Of a DNA stretch of 64,000 nt, positions 1 through 11,198 are shown piece after piece. The stretch is taken from assembly GCF_001194135.2 (NCBI RefSeq), contig NC_068989.1, positions 73,891,001 to 73,955,000 of the forward strand, given 5' to 3'. A program made the position numbers and the translations under genes. Each line of letters starts with the position of its first letter. Within the stretch, counting starts at the first letter, position 1. The stretch is from Octopus bimaculoides (lineage: Eukaryota). The notes beneath the pieces are model-generated. The model was not told the DNA's origin. It saw only the letters and a list, made by a program, of their open reading frames with translations, and searched no databases.

Positions 1-688
1 CTATGCATGTATGTACTTTGGAGATGTGTATGAATAAGTAATTCCTTTGTCTATAATAAATTACATGTGAACATCTGATCTTACAATATTAATATTTTCA
101 AGATATTTATAGACAGATAAAAAACAAAAATCTATAAAATTGCTCTGCAGAGATGACGTCAAACTTCTTCAAATGTAACTAGTGTTGTAAATGTTACTGT
201 TGCTGTACTTTTCATGAAATTGTTTTGTTGTATATCGTTAACCGAGATCTCATCTGATCTATAAGATTTGTTTCAATGCACAAGTCAATCGAAATCTTGG
301 CGCTGATTCCATAGTTGTTTGTTCCTGTATTCTGGCCAGCATTGGGAGCCATATATCTACAGAAGCTACTGACTGGTATCTAAATATAAAATTGTGGAAA
401 TTGAATGCCTTAGACTACGGCCATGCCGGAGCATCACCTTTAAGTGTTTTACTCGATTACATCCCAACAATCCATAGTGAGATTTTCACACGGATACTCG
501 CTTTAACTCATTCTATTTCTCGAACATAAAATGAAACAAGCGCAGACAAAAGTTTTTAGATGGGCGTATGTGTGTGTGTTTACGGGTGAGCGCGTGTGTG
601 AGTGTGTGTGTACGTTTGTGTGTGCGTGCGTGCACGTGTGTATGAACAGCTAGCCGTTATCCCTGATTGGGTATGGCTTAGTAATATA

Positions 689-738
<50 letters not shown>

Positions 739-984
739 CATATATATACATATATATANNNNNNNNNNNNNNNNNNNNNNNNNNNNNNNNNNNNNNNNNN
801 NNNNNNNNNNNNNNNNNNNNNNNNNNNNATATATATATATATAAACACACAAAGCTGCTTTCGCTAATTGTTTTAGGTGCCTATATAATCACGGAATGAT
901 ATTGACACCCTCTCGTATTTTTCACTCTTGGCACATTCAAGATGTGACAGGAAGATGGAGGGGGAACTGTCTTAGTAACCCCCT

Positions 985-1110
985 CGGTACATATTTACAG
1001 CTGAAGAGACTGATCTAGCGTGTAATAAAGCGCCTTGCATAAAGAAACAACTCGCTACTTAGTTTTGAAATTGAACCTACGATTTTATTAAAGACCTGTA
1101 GGTACGCGGT
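985..1110 (-). mobile_element. Degenerate CORE-like SINE fragment
   Basis: ggtacatatttacagctgaagagactg...gtgtaataaagcgccttgc matches the reverse complement of the CORE-like block. Confidence 0.4.
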
Positions 1111-2574
1111 ACTTCATTATGCAAATACAAGGTACTATAAGTACTCTAAATGTTTTCATAAGTCAGTAACCGCTTTCTATTGCATCAGCAGTACTCTTAC
1201 ATTATTTTGCTAAGGTTATTTCGACTGATTTTCGTTACAACGTTTCGATCACATTGTCTGTTCACTTCTGACGTCTCCATACGAAACGTTGTAGCAAAAA
1301 TCAATGATGGCTATAAGATCTATAGAATATCTGTAGAAATAACTTTACCTACGACTTTATGTTCATGAATCGAGCACCCTAGCCAGTAAGCATTACACCA
1401 TCATACACAGCCAGACACAAAGATACACATATGCATATAGCTTTGAATAAAACTAACGCTATGGTAGAAGATCACATTTGCCAGAGGTGTTCTGCAACGG
1501 AAACCCGGAACCAATTTTTTAACCATGCCTATATAATCGTGCTTGCAAAATAGATAAACGATACGTTATGAATTATCGAGAATACGTCACCTTATAGTCA
1601 AGTGAATATATTCAGAATTGAGTATGAAGTGAGAGCGCTTAGATAAATCAAACAGTTTAGAAAATCCGTGTACCTAACATGATTTCTTGTTGCGAAAACG
1701 CTAAACTGAAACGAATGTCTTTACACTATGGTTATAGTAATATGAAATATTCGAGCAAAAGAGGGGAAAAAATGACTGACATTTAAATATCAATTGAAGA
1801 CAACACTTCCTCATTCATCATATCACAGGTATAATAATAATGCAAAAGAAAAGGAAGACAGCAAGGTTAAAAATTTAAAGGAACCATTATACAAGACTCA
1901 CTTTTAGATATATGATATATTCTGAATGATATATAAATTGAAGTGATTGCTTGGTGCTTGCTTCTAAGCAACTTTAACCCCAGAGACATGAAATATTAAA
2001 ATTCCATCAGTCTTCAGCAACATGATACATCCCGAGAGCAGTAAACCTTCGCACTGTCATAATTCAATAAACAAACTCCTTTATAAATATTTTATCCTAA
2101 GTATATGTAAGATATTAAATCTGATATACTACAGATACACGCGATAGGTAGTGCCCAAAAGTTTTGGCCTCTTAGGCATAAAACCAGTAACTTAAACTGC
2201 ATTACCTGCTGGAAATTCATTATATTTCTAAAGGAAATTAGAGAATGTTTTCTCTGTATTGTATATTACTTAAGTATTATCATTACACGTCAAGACATGT
2301 TAACAGTGTGTCAGTAATATTCACATCACCAACATTAACAAAAGCGCACATTTGTATTATCTTAGTGGATACACTTACTGTATTGATAATGTTAACAAAG
2401 ACAGCAATGCCTTTCATCTTACTGTATGAGGGAGAGGTGAATGGTTTGTCGACATGATAACTTGCGGTTAGATTGGAAGTAATAGAATTTAACATGAACG
2501 TAAAACAACAAACACATGTTCCTGTGTATGTACCTACGTACGTACGTAGGTATGTATGTATACATGCATGTATG

Positions 2575-2630
<56 letters not shown>

Positions 2631-3250
2631 CTTTCTGCGTTGGTCGGCCTTCTTTTTTTTTACATAGTTTTAAGCATGTCTAGATGTGTTTGAAAGCTTG
2701 TACATTCTAGTGTTCATACATGCTTGCAGCCTAGAAGTCTGTAAATGTAAATCTCTATCTAAGTAATGGATATTCAATCCACGAACGCGTGTGTTAAGCA
2801 AAGGTCTGTGCGTGTCCACCTGTTTGTAAGTTTCAATGACTCTTGTGTTAGAGACGTATGTATCCAATTAAATGTACTTTACTTGTTACGTTATAACTTT
2901 CGTTAGTTTTTCAAAGAGTGGTTCTAGTCTTACAAACAACAATACCAGATCCTTTAACCCCTTATTGTTTGAATGGTCTGAGAAATATTGGAAAGAAGTG
3001 TTACTGAAACGAAATAACCGTTATATGTTAATTGATTTTTTTGTGAATGTATTAACGATTGTGTTCTTATTTATGTTTGCGTACATCTGTAAGTTAGTAT
3101 GTCCACCACATTACGAAATATTCACATGTGGGTGTTTGTATGTATTAGTTACATATAGTACATCAGTGTGTGTGTGTATTCGTGTGTGTATGCCTGTGTG
3201 TATGTATGTGTGAGAATGTGTGCGTGCGTGTGTGTGCGTGTGCGTATGTG

Positions 3251-3646
3251 AGGACAGGATTAAGTCGATTACATCGACTCCAGTGCGTAACTGGTACTTA
3301 ATTTATCGACCCCGAAAGGATGAAAGGCAAAGTCGACCTCGGCGGAATTTGAACTCAGAACGTAAAGACAGACGAAATACTGGTAAGCATTTCGCCCGAT
3401 GTGCTAACGTATTTTATTTCTTTACTGCCCACAAAGGGCTACACACAGAGGGAACAAACAAGGACAGACAAACGGATTAAGTCGATTATCTCGATCCCAG
3501 TGTGTAACTGGTACTTATTTAATCGACCCCGAAAGGATGAATGGCAAATTCGACATCGGTGGAATTTGAACTCAGAACGTAGCGGCAGACGAAATACCGC
3601 TACGCATTCGCCCAGCGTGCTAACGTTTCTGCCAACTCGCCGCCTT
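3251..3646 (-). mobile_element. SINE family A (tRNA head plus Meta-like central domain), head-to-tail pair
   Basis: Two copies of gagttcaaattcc...gcctttcatcctttcggggtcgat(t/a)aa..aagtaccagt, joined by a ~60-bp linker. Confidence 0.85.
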
Positions 3647-4644
3647 ACTGTTGTTAAATATTCCATACAGAGTGAGTGCAGAGTAACTATAAATTCACGA
3701 TTTTGACCTTGCTGAATTTCATCGAATTTGCCTCAATCAACGTTACACATTTTCTCCTGTCAGTACTTTGCGGTGTTAGCTTCTAATTAATATTTACATT
3801 CTTCTATTTTTCTTTCCCTGTTGAGACCTGTCCCAGTTCAATGAAACATACAACAATGTAATATCATTCTCGAGAATGAAATCCTCTCCCACTTTGATAA
3901 CAAAGGATCGATTGGCCACTCTTGCAAATTGTTGGAGGCAGTAGTGAAAAACTCTTTTAGTTATATGGGGTTTTATTCTAACATTGGCTACTGAAAATAG
4001 CTAGATCTTTACGAGACTCACTCTCTTCTATGTCACCTACTTATGGTTTTCGCCGACGAAGCATTAGTGAAAAACACTAATTTTTGCTTTTAGCATAAAG
4101 AAGTTTATGTAACTCTGCCTAAAATGTTATGTCCGACGGCTCCATTGTATTTTGTGACGACTGGTCTCTTTCTGATTCACATTATATCACCTCTGAAAGC
4201 CCTCAGTTTCAATTGTGCCTCGTGTACTTTTTATACATATAAATGCAGAATTTCTTTCTGTTGCTTCTCCTTTAATTCCTATTTGATGTTCTATACAAAG
4301 TTACATGCAGTTTAGACATCTATCATCAAAGTTCCATACTTTCAATGTTATACGTACTGGGGTCGATCTAATTAACTGCCCCCCGCTCCTAAAATTTCGA
4401 GCCTTGCGCCTAGAGTAGAAAAGATAAAGCTACAGATATAATTGTGGGAAAGGGCCAGTCGGTTATAACGATGCCAGAGCTTGTTTGGTACTATATTTTA
4501 TTGAAAATGTATGGTAACCTCAACTTCATCATAATTTACGATGACTCGTTAATAATTACCGCAAGACATTCTGAGTGAGCTTTTACTAATTCTGCTAATC
4601 CATCACCCTTTTAATCCAGTGATAACAACAACAATAATAATAAA

Positions 4645-4790
4645 TGTTTAGAATTTCGAGTCTAGACCAGAAAATAAGGGAGTAAGTTAATTACATCGAG
4701 CCAAGTATTTAATTTTATATGTTATCTATTTTGCAAAGATGAATGGCAAAGCTGACGTCAGTGGAACTTGAACTTAAAGCGGAAAGGGCC
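4645..4790 (-). mobile_element. Degenerate SINE family A copy
   Basis: Diverged gatgaatggcaaagctgacgtcagtggaacttgaact and tail similarity. Confidence 0.55.
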
Positions 4791-4901
4791 AGAAAAAAAT
4801 GCCAGTTTTTGTTAGATCGACAATGATGATGATTGCAATGATGATGATGATGATGAAGATAAACCTTTCTACTATAGGCACAAATTCCTGAAATATTGTG
4901 G

Positions 4902-5082
4902 GAAATGTTTAGCGGTATTTCGTCTGTCTTTACGTTCTGAGTTTAAATTCCACCGAGGTCGACGTTGCCTTTCATCCTTTCCGTGGTCGATAAATTAAGT
5001 ACCAGTTGCGTACTGAGGTCGAACTAATCGACTGGCCTCCTCCTCCAAAATTTCGGGCCTTGTGCCTAGAGTAGAAAAGATT
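4902..5082 (+). mobile_element. SINE family A, 5'-truncated
   Basis: B-box-like gagtttaaattcc, central domain, tail gggccttgtgcctagagtagaaaagatta. Confidence 0.85.
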
Positions 5083-5918
5083 ACAATTACATTTAAAGAT
5101 TACTTGAAAAGTGCCATGTTTGAAAATAATTTGCTCATTTCGATGAAGACAATAAAAATACGCAGAATGAATTTTGTGACAACTAGCATATGTTTGTCTC
5201 TTATTTTGTTATTCAGTGTATTAACAATATTCTACTCCAAAATAAACTTCATTTAATCTCAATTAAAATAAATTAAATATTTAAAAAAAAGCTACTGTCA
5301 TAATTAAACGGAACAATCATCGACATATCTCATTTCACTTGTCATATTTTATTTTATTTATTTATTTATTTGCTTTTCGCAAATTTATTGTAGGAACCGC
5401 TGCGACCGTTGAGCAGTAAATTTGATAAAGAAAATGTCATCTATGCAGCTAAGGCTAATACACATTGTACACAGAATGATAGAGAGAATTAGATAAATTG
5501 CAGGGGAAACTTAAAAAAGAGAATAGAAGTCATAAACGTGACTAAAAGTCCACTGAATAAGCCAGATATTGATCGCTAATTTATGTCTTTAAAAACAAAT
5601 GTCTTTTTTTTATATAATTTATTGGCAGTCGCAGCTGGCAAATATTAAAACGTAACATTATACCGACCAAAGTGTCAATGCTTCATATTCTTTAACCGAT
5701 ATTGCTCTGTTTTTTTTTTTTTAACACTAAGTGGCAGAGACCGATCTGGAATTATAAAGTGAGGTTTAAACAATAGGCAGAGGGAGCACTGCGTTATGAA
5801 CGTGAGAATTTACATATGATTAATTTGAAATATCAATAGTTCGTATAATTCTATCGAGATTGCAATGAATTTAATTTCGTGTTTTTAGAAGGTACTTAAA
5901 TCTTAAAAGCACAAACAA

Positions 5919-6161
5919 TTAACCGTGAGTATATTCCTTGGGAAATTGTGGTTCGTAGCTATAAATTGTAGGGGAGTTGCTATATGTACGAGTGTAGTTA
6001 TTTACAACTATAGGCAGCGAGGAAGCTTTGTCATGAACGACCGAAATTGCATATGGCTGATTTGAAATGTCAATAGAGAGAATAGTTTCATCGGGATTGT
6101 AAAAATGATTTCCATTAATTTTTTGCAGACACTTAACTGTTGGTAACACTTCCACCTCTAG
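5919..6161 (-). CDS. Candidate coding segment, module 2: LEVEVLP...NNYTRTYSNSPTIYSYEPQFPKEYTHG*; product unknown
   Basis: About 80 stop-free codons of non-repetitive sequence in AT-rich DNA, in the -1 frame relative to module 1, ending in the same EPQxPKEYTHx* motif. Confidence 0.45.
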   Translation of the reverse strand, partial: LEVEVLPTVKCLQKINGNHFYNPDETILSIDISNQPYAISVVHDKASSLPIVVNNYTRTYSNSPTIYSYEPQFPKEYTHG

Positions 6162-6251
6162 TCATGGGTGTATTCCTTTGGAAGTTGTGGCTCACCGCTA
6201 TTAAGAGGAGGAAGATTGTTATATGTACGAGTGTTTCGAGGTATTGCAGCT
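6158..6251 (-). CDS. Candidate terminal coding exon, module 1: (x)AAIPRNTRTYNNLPPLNSGEPQLPKEYTHD*; product unknown
   Basis: Minus-strand branch point TGCTAAC (6283-6277), acceptor ttattttatatcAG at 6253-6252, open frame to TAG at 6160-6158. The last 25 codons are paralogous to 5993-5919 with 7 silent differences. Confidence 0.5.
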
Positions 6252-6890
6252 CTGATATAAAATAATCTTGACGAATGTTAGCATTTATCAATGAGCTCAA
6301 AGCAAGATTGGTATCACTAGGAATATGTCTCAGACCTCCTAATTCTATATTTCTTTAACATAATGATGAACGCAAATTCTATCTGTGAGAAACACTGCTA
6401 AAACGATTCGGTTGCCAATCGTATTGGAAATTATACAAATGAAGAAAAACTCAGAATTTCACTTTTAAGTGAATATTTTAAAACAAAAAAAAGAAAAAAT
6501 ATGCGATGATATCTTCGTATGTCATTGACAGTGCTGATAATAAGATAATGACGATGACGATGATGACGACGACGACGACGGAGGTGGTGGTGATGGTGAG
6601 AATGATGACGATGTGACAAACTGAAAATATGATGATGCATATTTCTTTGGTGTCATGTGAAACGAAGTAGGTACTTTAAGTTCATGGTTTCAGTTTATAC
6701 GCTTAATTTTATAGTACCAAATAATTCATAATTCATATGAATGTATTTCTGAAAATTCTGGAGAAAAATGCCAAGATTAATTATGATGTATCTTGTGGAA
6801 AACCTATGCATCTTGTTGCTGTGTATGCATGCATGTATGTATATATAATGTATGTATGTATGTATGTATGTATGTATGTATGTATGTATG

Positions 6891-6993
6891 TCATTATTCA
6901 GTATATTTCAAGATTTCTTGCCAATAGAGAAAGAACCAGATTCTAACCTAGATTCAAGGCTTCTTCACTGGAATTTCAACATCAACAACAGGG
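6891..6993 (+). repeat. 103-bp interspersed element embedded in (TATG)n, copy 1
   Basis: About 90% identical to 62238-62340. Confidence 0.85.
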
Positions 6994-7576
6994 TATGTAT
7001 GTATGTATGTATGTATGTAATCATGTACGCACGTATGCATGTCTGTATGTATGTGCAGATTTGTATGTTTTATGTATGTATTCTCATGCATATAGTTGCA
7101 TATATAGACATGCTCATGTATGTATGTATGTATAATAGAATCACACACACACACACTCACACATACACACTCACACACACGCATACATGTGTGTGTAGGT
7201 ATGTGTGTATATGCATATGTGTATACGCGCGCGCGTATGTGTGTGTGTGCGAGTGTAATTTGTTTAGGGTTGGTGACTTTCTTGTTTATTTAAATCAAAA
7301 GCTGTAAGGACAAGGAAAAGTACAAAAGTATCATAAACCTTCAAGTATAATGTTAAATGTTGCGTTCAAGAAAAAAGAGAAAAGGAAAAGGGAAAAAATC
7401 ATCAATGAATCAGCGAGAAATAAGAGATGTTCGAAAGAATAAAAAGAAAACGAAACGAAAACCTCTGTGAAGAAATATTTCCCAGAGAAAAAAAACTAAT
7501 GCAGAGAACAAAGATACACAGATACATACATGCGTACATGCATACATGCATTGGTGTATACACACACACACACACA

Positions 7577-7609
<33 letters not shown>

Positions 7610-8081
7610 TTATACATATATTCATACAATATGCGTGTGTGTATGTATATAGAATTAAAAGAATAAGAGTATTTTTAATTTAATTTTCTTCTTGAAAATT
7701 CTGACAATTTCAAAAATTCAATTTAAAAATTAAAAAAGAAATATAATCGATATATGAAATCAATTTCTACAACCGAAGTAGAAGAAAAAGAAAGAAGAAA
7801 AACCCACTCAGTTTCAAAATTCTAAAGATTGTCACACGTTATAATAATTAAAAAGAATCTTCAATATCACTCGCAATGTTCGTTGAAATTTTTGTGAACA
7901 ATGAATTCAAAAAAAAAAAAAAAAAAAAAAGAACCCCACAAAATATATAATTGTAATAAGCGGAAGGACATCTTAAACGTTGAAAACAAAACCGCTTCAG
8001 CAAGCATTTGAAATGCATTCTGTAGGTTAGAAGAGGTGCAGAGATGTAATTAATTATCCGCCAGAGGGTACAATGACTCAC

Positions 8082-8164
8082 TTGTAACATCACATAGCTT
8101 GCAACACAGTTTTTACAGTTTACTTCAAACGGTCAGAAACAAATCCAGACGAGATGCTTTCATT
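8082..8164 (-). other. Candidate 83-nt exon (non-coding, or ending NESISSGFVSDRLK*)
   Basis: Acceptor cttttattctatttttattcgcatAG (8166-8165) and donor caa|GTGAGT (8081-8076). All three frames contain a stop. Confidence 0.3.
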
Positions 8165-8342
8165 CTATGCGAATAAAAATAGAATAAAAGGCGTTCGTCT
8201 TATTAGCAGGCGCATTCATACACTCTAGATATTCATATATATTCGTACACACATAAATTGTAATAAGTACTTCTCAGTCCTTATGTTTGAGACTGTGGTT
8301 AATCATTTTACGTCATAATAAAGTATAATTTCAATAAAGATC

Positions 8343-8382
<40 letters not shown>

Positions 8383-8819
8383 NNNNNNNNNNNNNNNNNN
8401 NNNNNNNNNNNNNNNNNNNNNNNNNNNNNNNNNNNNNNNNNNNNNNNNNNNNNNNNNNNNNNNNNNNNNNNNNNNNNNNNNNNNNNNNNNNNNNNNNNNN
8501 NNNNNNNNNNNNNNNNNNNNNNNNNNNNNNNNNNNNNNNNNNNNNNNNNNNNNNNNNNNNNNNNNNNNNNNNNNNNNNNNNNNNNNNNNNNNNNNNNNNN
8601 NNNNNNNNNNNNNNNNNNNNNNNNNNNNNNNNNNNNNNNNNNNNNNNNNNNNNNNNNNNNNNNNNNNNNNNNNNNNNNNNNNNNNNNNNNNNNNNNNNNN
8701 NNNNNNNNNNNNNNNNNNNNNNNNNNNNNNNNNNNNNNNNNNNNNNNNNNNNNNNNNNNNNNNNNNNNNNNNNNNNNNNNNNNNNNNNNNNNNNNNNNNN
8801 NNNNNNNNNNNNNNNNNTG

Positions 8820-9048
8820 TGTGTGTGTGTGTGTGTTTGTTTGTCTGTGTTTGTCCCCCCTCGCATTGCTTGACAACCGATGCTGGCGTGTTTATGTCCC
8901 CGTCACTTAGCGGATCGGCAAAAGAGACTGATAGAATAAGTACTAGGCTTACAAAGAATAAGTCCCGCGGTCGATTTGCTCGACTAAAGGCGGTGCTCCA
9001 GCATGGCCGCAGTCAAATGACTGAAACAAGTAAAAGAGTAAATAGTTT
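8820..9048 (+). mobile_element. SINE family B 3' half (5' part probably in the gap)
   Basis: Closely matches 31900-32100. Confidence 0.88.
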
Positions 9049-9310
9049 TTACTTTAAAGTACTGTTACTGAATATCTCTCTTTGGGAGATTTAGAAGTAT
9101 ATATGTATATATATATATATATATACACGTTTCATATGGATAGATCTACCTATCTATACACACATATATATATATATGTGTGTGAGTGCGTGAAATGAGA
9201 AGCGGCAAATGATAATATTAATTAGCATAAAGCTTATAAGCGATCACCGTGTATTAACTAAAGAAAATAGTCTAATATTGGGTACATATAAATCATATAA
9301 ATGGGCTTCC

Positions 9311-9382
9311 CGTACGCACGGGACTCGAACCCACGCCTCTTATATCCGAGATAAGTATGCTAACCAATTACACCACTGACTT
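9311..9382 (-). pseudogene. tRNA-like pseudogene or solitary SINE head, anticodon CGG (Pro)
   Basis: A-box TGGTGTAATTGG; D arm; perfect anticodon stem CTTAT/ATAAG with loop CT-CGG-AT; T arm GTGGG-TTCGAGT-CCCGT. The acceptor stem does not pair. Confidence 0.6.
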
Positions 9383-9708
9383 CTTTCGTTTAGATTTAAG
9401 AATTATAATTTCATTAGTCAAATGACGGTGAACTATAATTTGTTTCGTCAATATACGATGATCAAGTTGGATGCTCTTCATTCATTTTTTATGTTAAAGA
9501 TAAATGTCATGAACTGTGGAGATTCCTTTACTTGAAGTCAGAAGAAAGTTTCAATGCGATAGGAGACTTGACCTTGCAATTTGTCGATACGAAACTGACA
9601 TCTATTATAATGCTAGTTCCGAAATATGGCACTTGAAATCTTGTTGATCGCCTTTAGAAAAAATTTGACTGTAGTGCAGAGGTTAACAGCAGTATATTCA
9701 GTGGTTAT

Positions 9709-10089
9709 GTGGAAGCGCAATGGCCCAGTGGTTAGGGCAGCGGACTCGCGGTCATAAGATCGCGGTTTCGATTCCCAGACTGGGCGCTGTGAGTGTTTAT
9801 TGAGCGAAAACACCTAAAAGCTCCACGAGGCTCCGGCAGGGGATGGTGGCGAACCCTGCTATATTCTTTCACCACAACTTTCTCTCACTCTTACTTCCCG
9901 TTTCTGTTGTGCCTGTAATTCAAAGGGCCAGCCTTGTCACACTGGGTGTCACGCTGAATCTCCCCGAGAACTACGTTAAGGGTACACGTGTCTGTGGAGT
10001 GCTCAGCCACTTGCACATTAATTTCACGAGCAGGCTGTTCCGTTGATCGGATCAACTGGAACCCTCGACATCGTAAGCGATGGAGTGCC
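9709..10089 (+). mobile_element. SINE family C (tRNA-Arg-like head; octopus OR-type), 13-bp TSD
   Basis: A-box TGGCCCAGTGG, B-box GGTTTCGATTCC; TSD attcagtggttat at 9696-9708 and 10090-10102. Confidence 0.92.
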
Positions 10090-10544
10090 ATTCAGTGGTT
10101 ATAAAGTCTCAGCTAACATGGATAAACTAAATTTTTCGTAGCAATAACACATATGTTGATGGCATTTTTACCTTTCCACTTCTTTACTCAATATAGAATA
10201 CCTCCAATATTGACATAAGGAATAAAACAAATATTTGAATAGAAAGAGTGAAAATGTCACATAAATATTATCTTTTAATTATAGGACAAAAATTAGCTAA
10301 TTATTCAGCAAGTAATTATGATATGCACTTAAAACAGCCTAAGATTAAAATACCAGTGTTTGTATCATTTATAATGGGATGTCCCTAACTATAATATTTT
10401 GTCACGGAGAACCTTCTCCAAGAGTCTGAGACAGAGTATTGTGGCTAATAACGTTCCATATTTGTATACAAATAATAAATGTTATACACACCGGTACCAA
10501 CAAATAATGTTTACGTAATATTTACTTAAGTTATTTAAAGAAAT

Positions 10545-10813
10545 AAACAAATAATTGAATATTCTGTTGTGTCTGGGGAGAGTCATTTTCTTATTGTGCC
10601 TTAAAATTTAACACACGCACTTATTTTTCTTTTTATTTTCCTAAAATTTTCGTCAATAGTCTTGACTGTGGAAATTTTACCGGTGATTGTGTTAAATTTT
10701 AAGGCACAATAAGAAAATGACTCTCCCCAGACACAACAGAATATGCTTCAATACACGAAATCACATAAAAAAATCTTGCAAACCAAATACAAAAACGAAA
10801 CAAATAATTGAAT
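10545..10813. repeat. Foldback element: perfect 57-bp inverted repeat inside a 16-bp direct repeat
   Basis: IR arms at 10559-10615 and 10688-10744; direct repeat aaacaaataattgaat at 10545-10560 and 10798-10813. Confidence 0.9.
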
Positions 10814-11039
10814 TTTTGTTAGAAACTTTTGGCGGCAAATGCTAATTTTCTAACAGATTACAAATAGGACACTTTCTAATCACGAATGTTCCTATTATTC
10901 ATATATGAGAAAAGCAAATAGCTAAATCTTTTGAAATGAATGACAGTTAAAGAGATTTTTTTTTAAATATAGAAGAAAAATAAGTGTGAATTGTGTTCCC
11001 GTAATGATTCTTTCTAATTACGGCATAAGGCGAGCAGCT

Positions 11040-11198
11040 TTGAAGGTCGATTACATCAACCCCAGTGCTAAACTGAAACTTAGTTTTATCGACCACGAGA
11101 GGACCGCGGCAGAATTTGAACTTTGAAAGTAAAGATTCAGTTGAAATGCTGCTAAGCGTTTTATCCGACACGCTGACAATTTTGCTAGTTCGCCGCCA
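11040..11198 (-). mobile_element. SINE family A, diverged
   Basis: Head ggcggcgaactagcaaaa, B-box, gtcgataaaa, ctggggttgatgtaatcgac on the minus strand. Confidence 0.7.

Noticed and set aside
6431-6640. His/Arg-rich ORF (MHHHIFSLSHRHHSHHHH...)
   Set aside because: Translation of a (GAT/GAC/GGT)n triplet tract.
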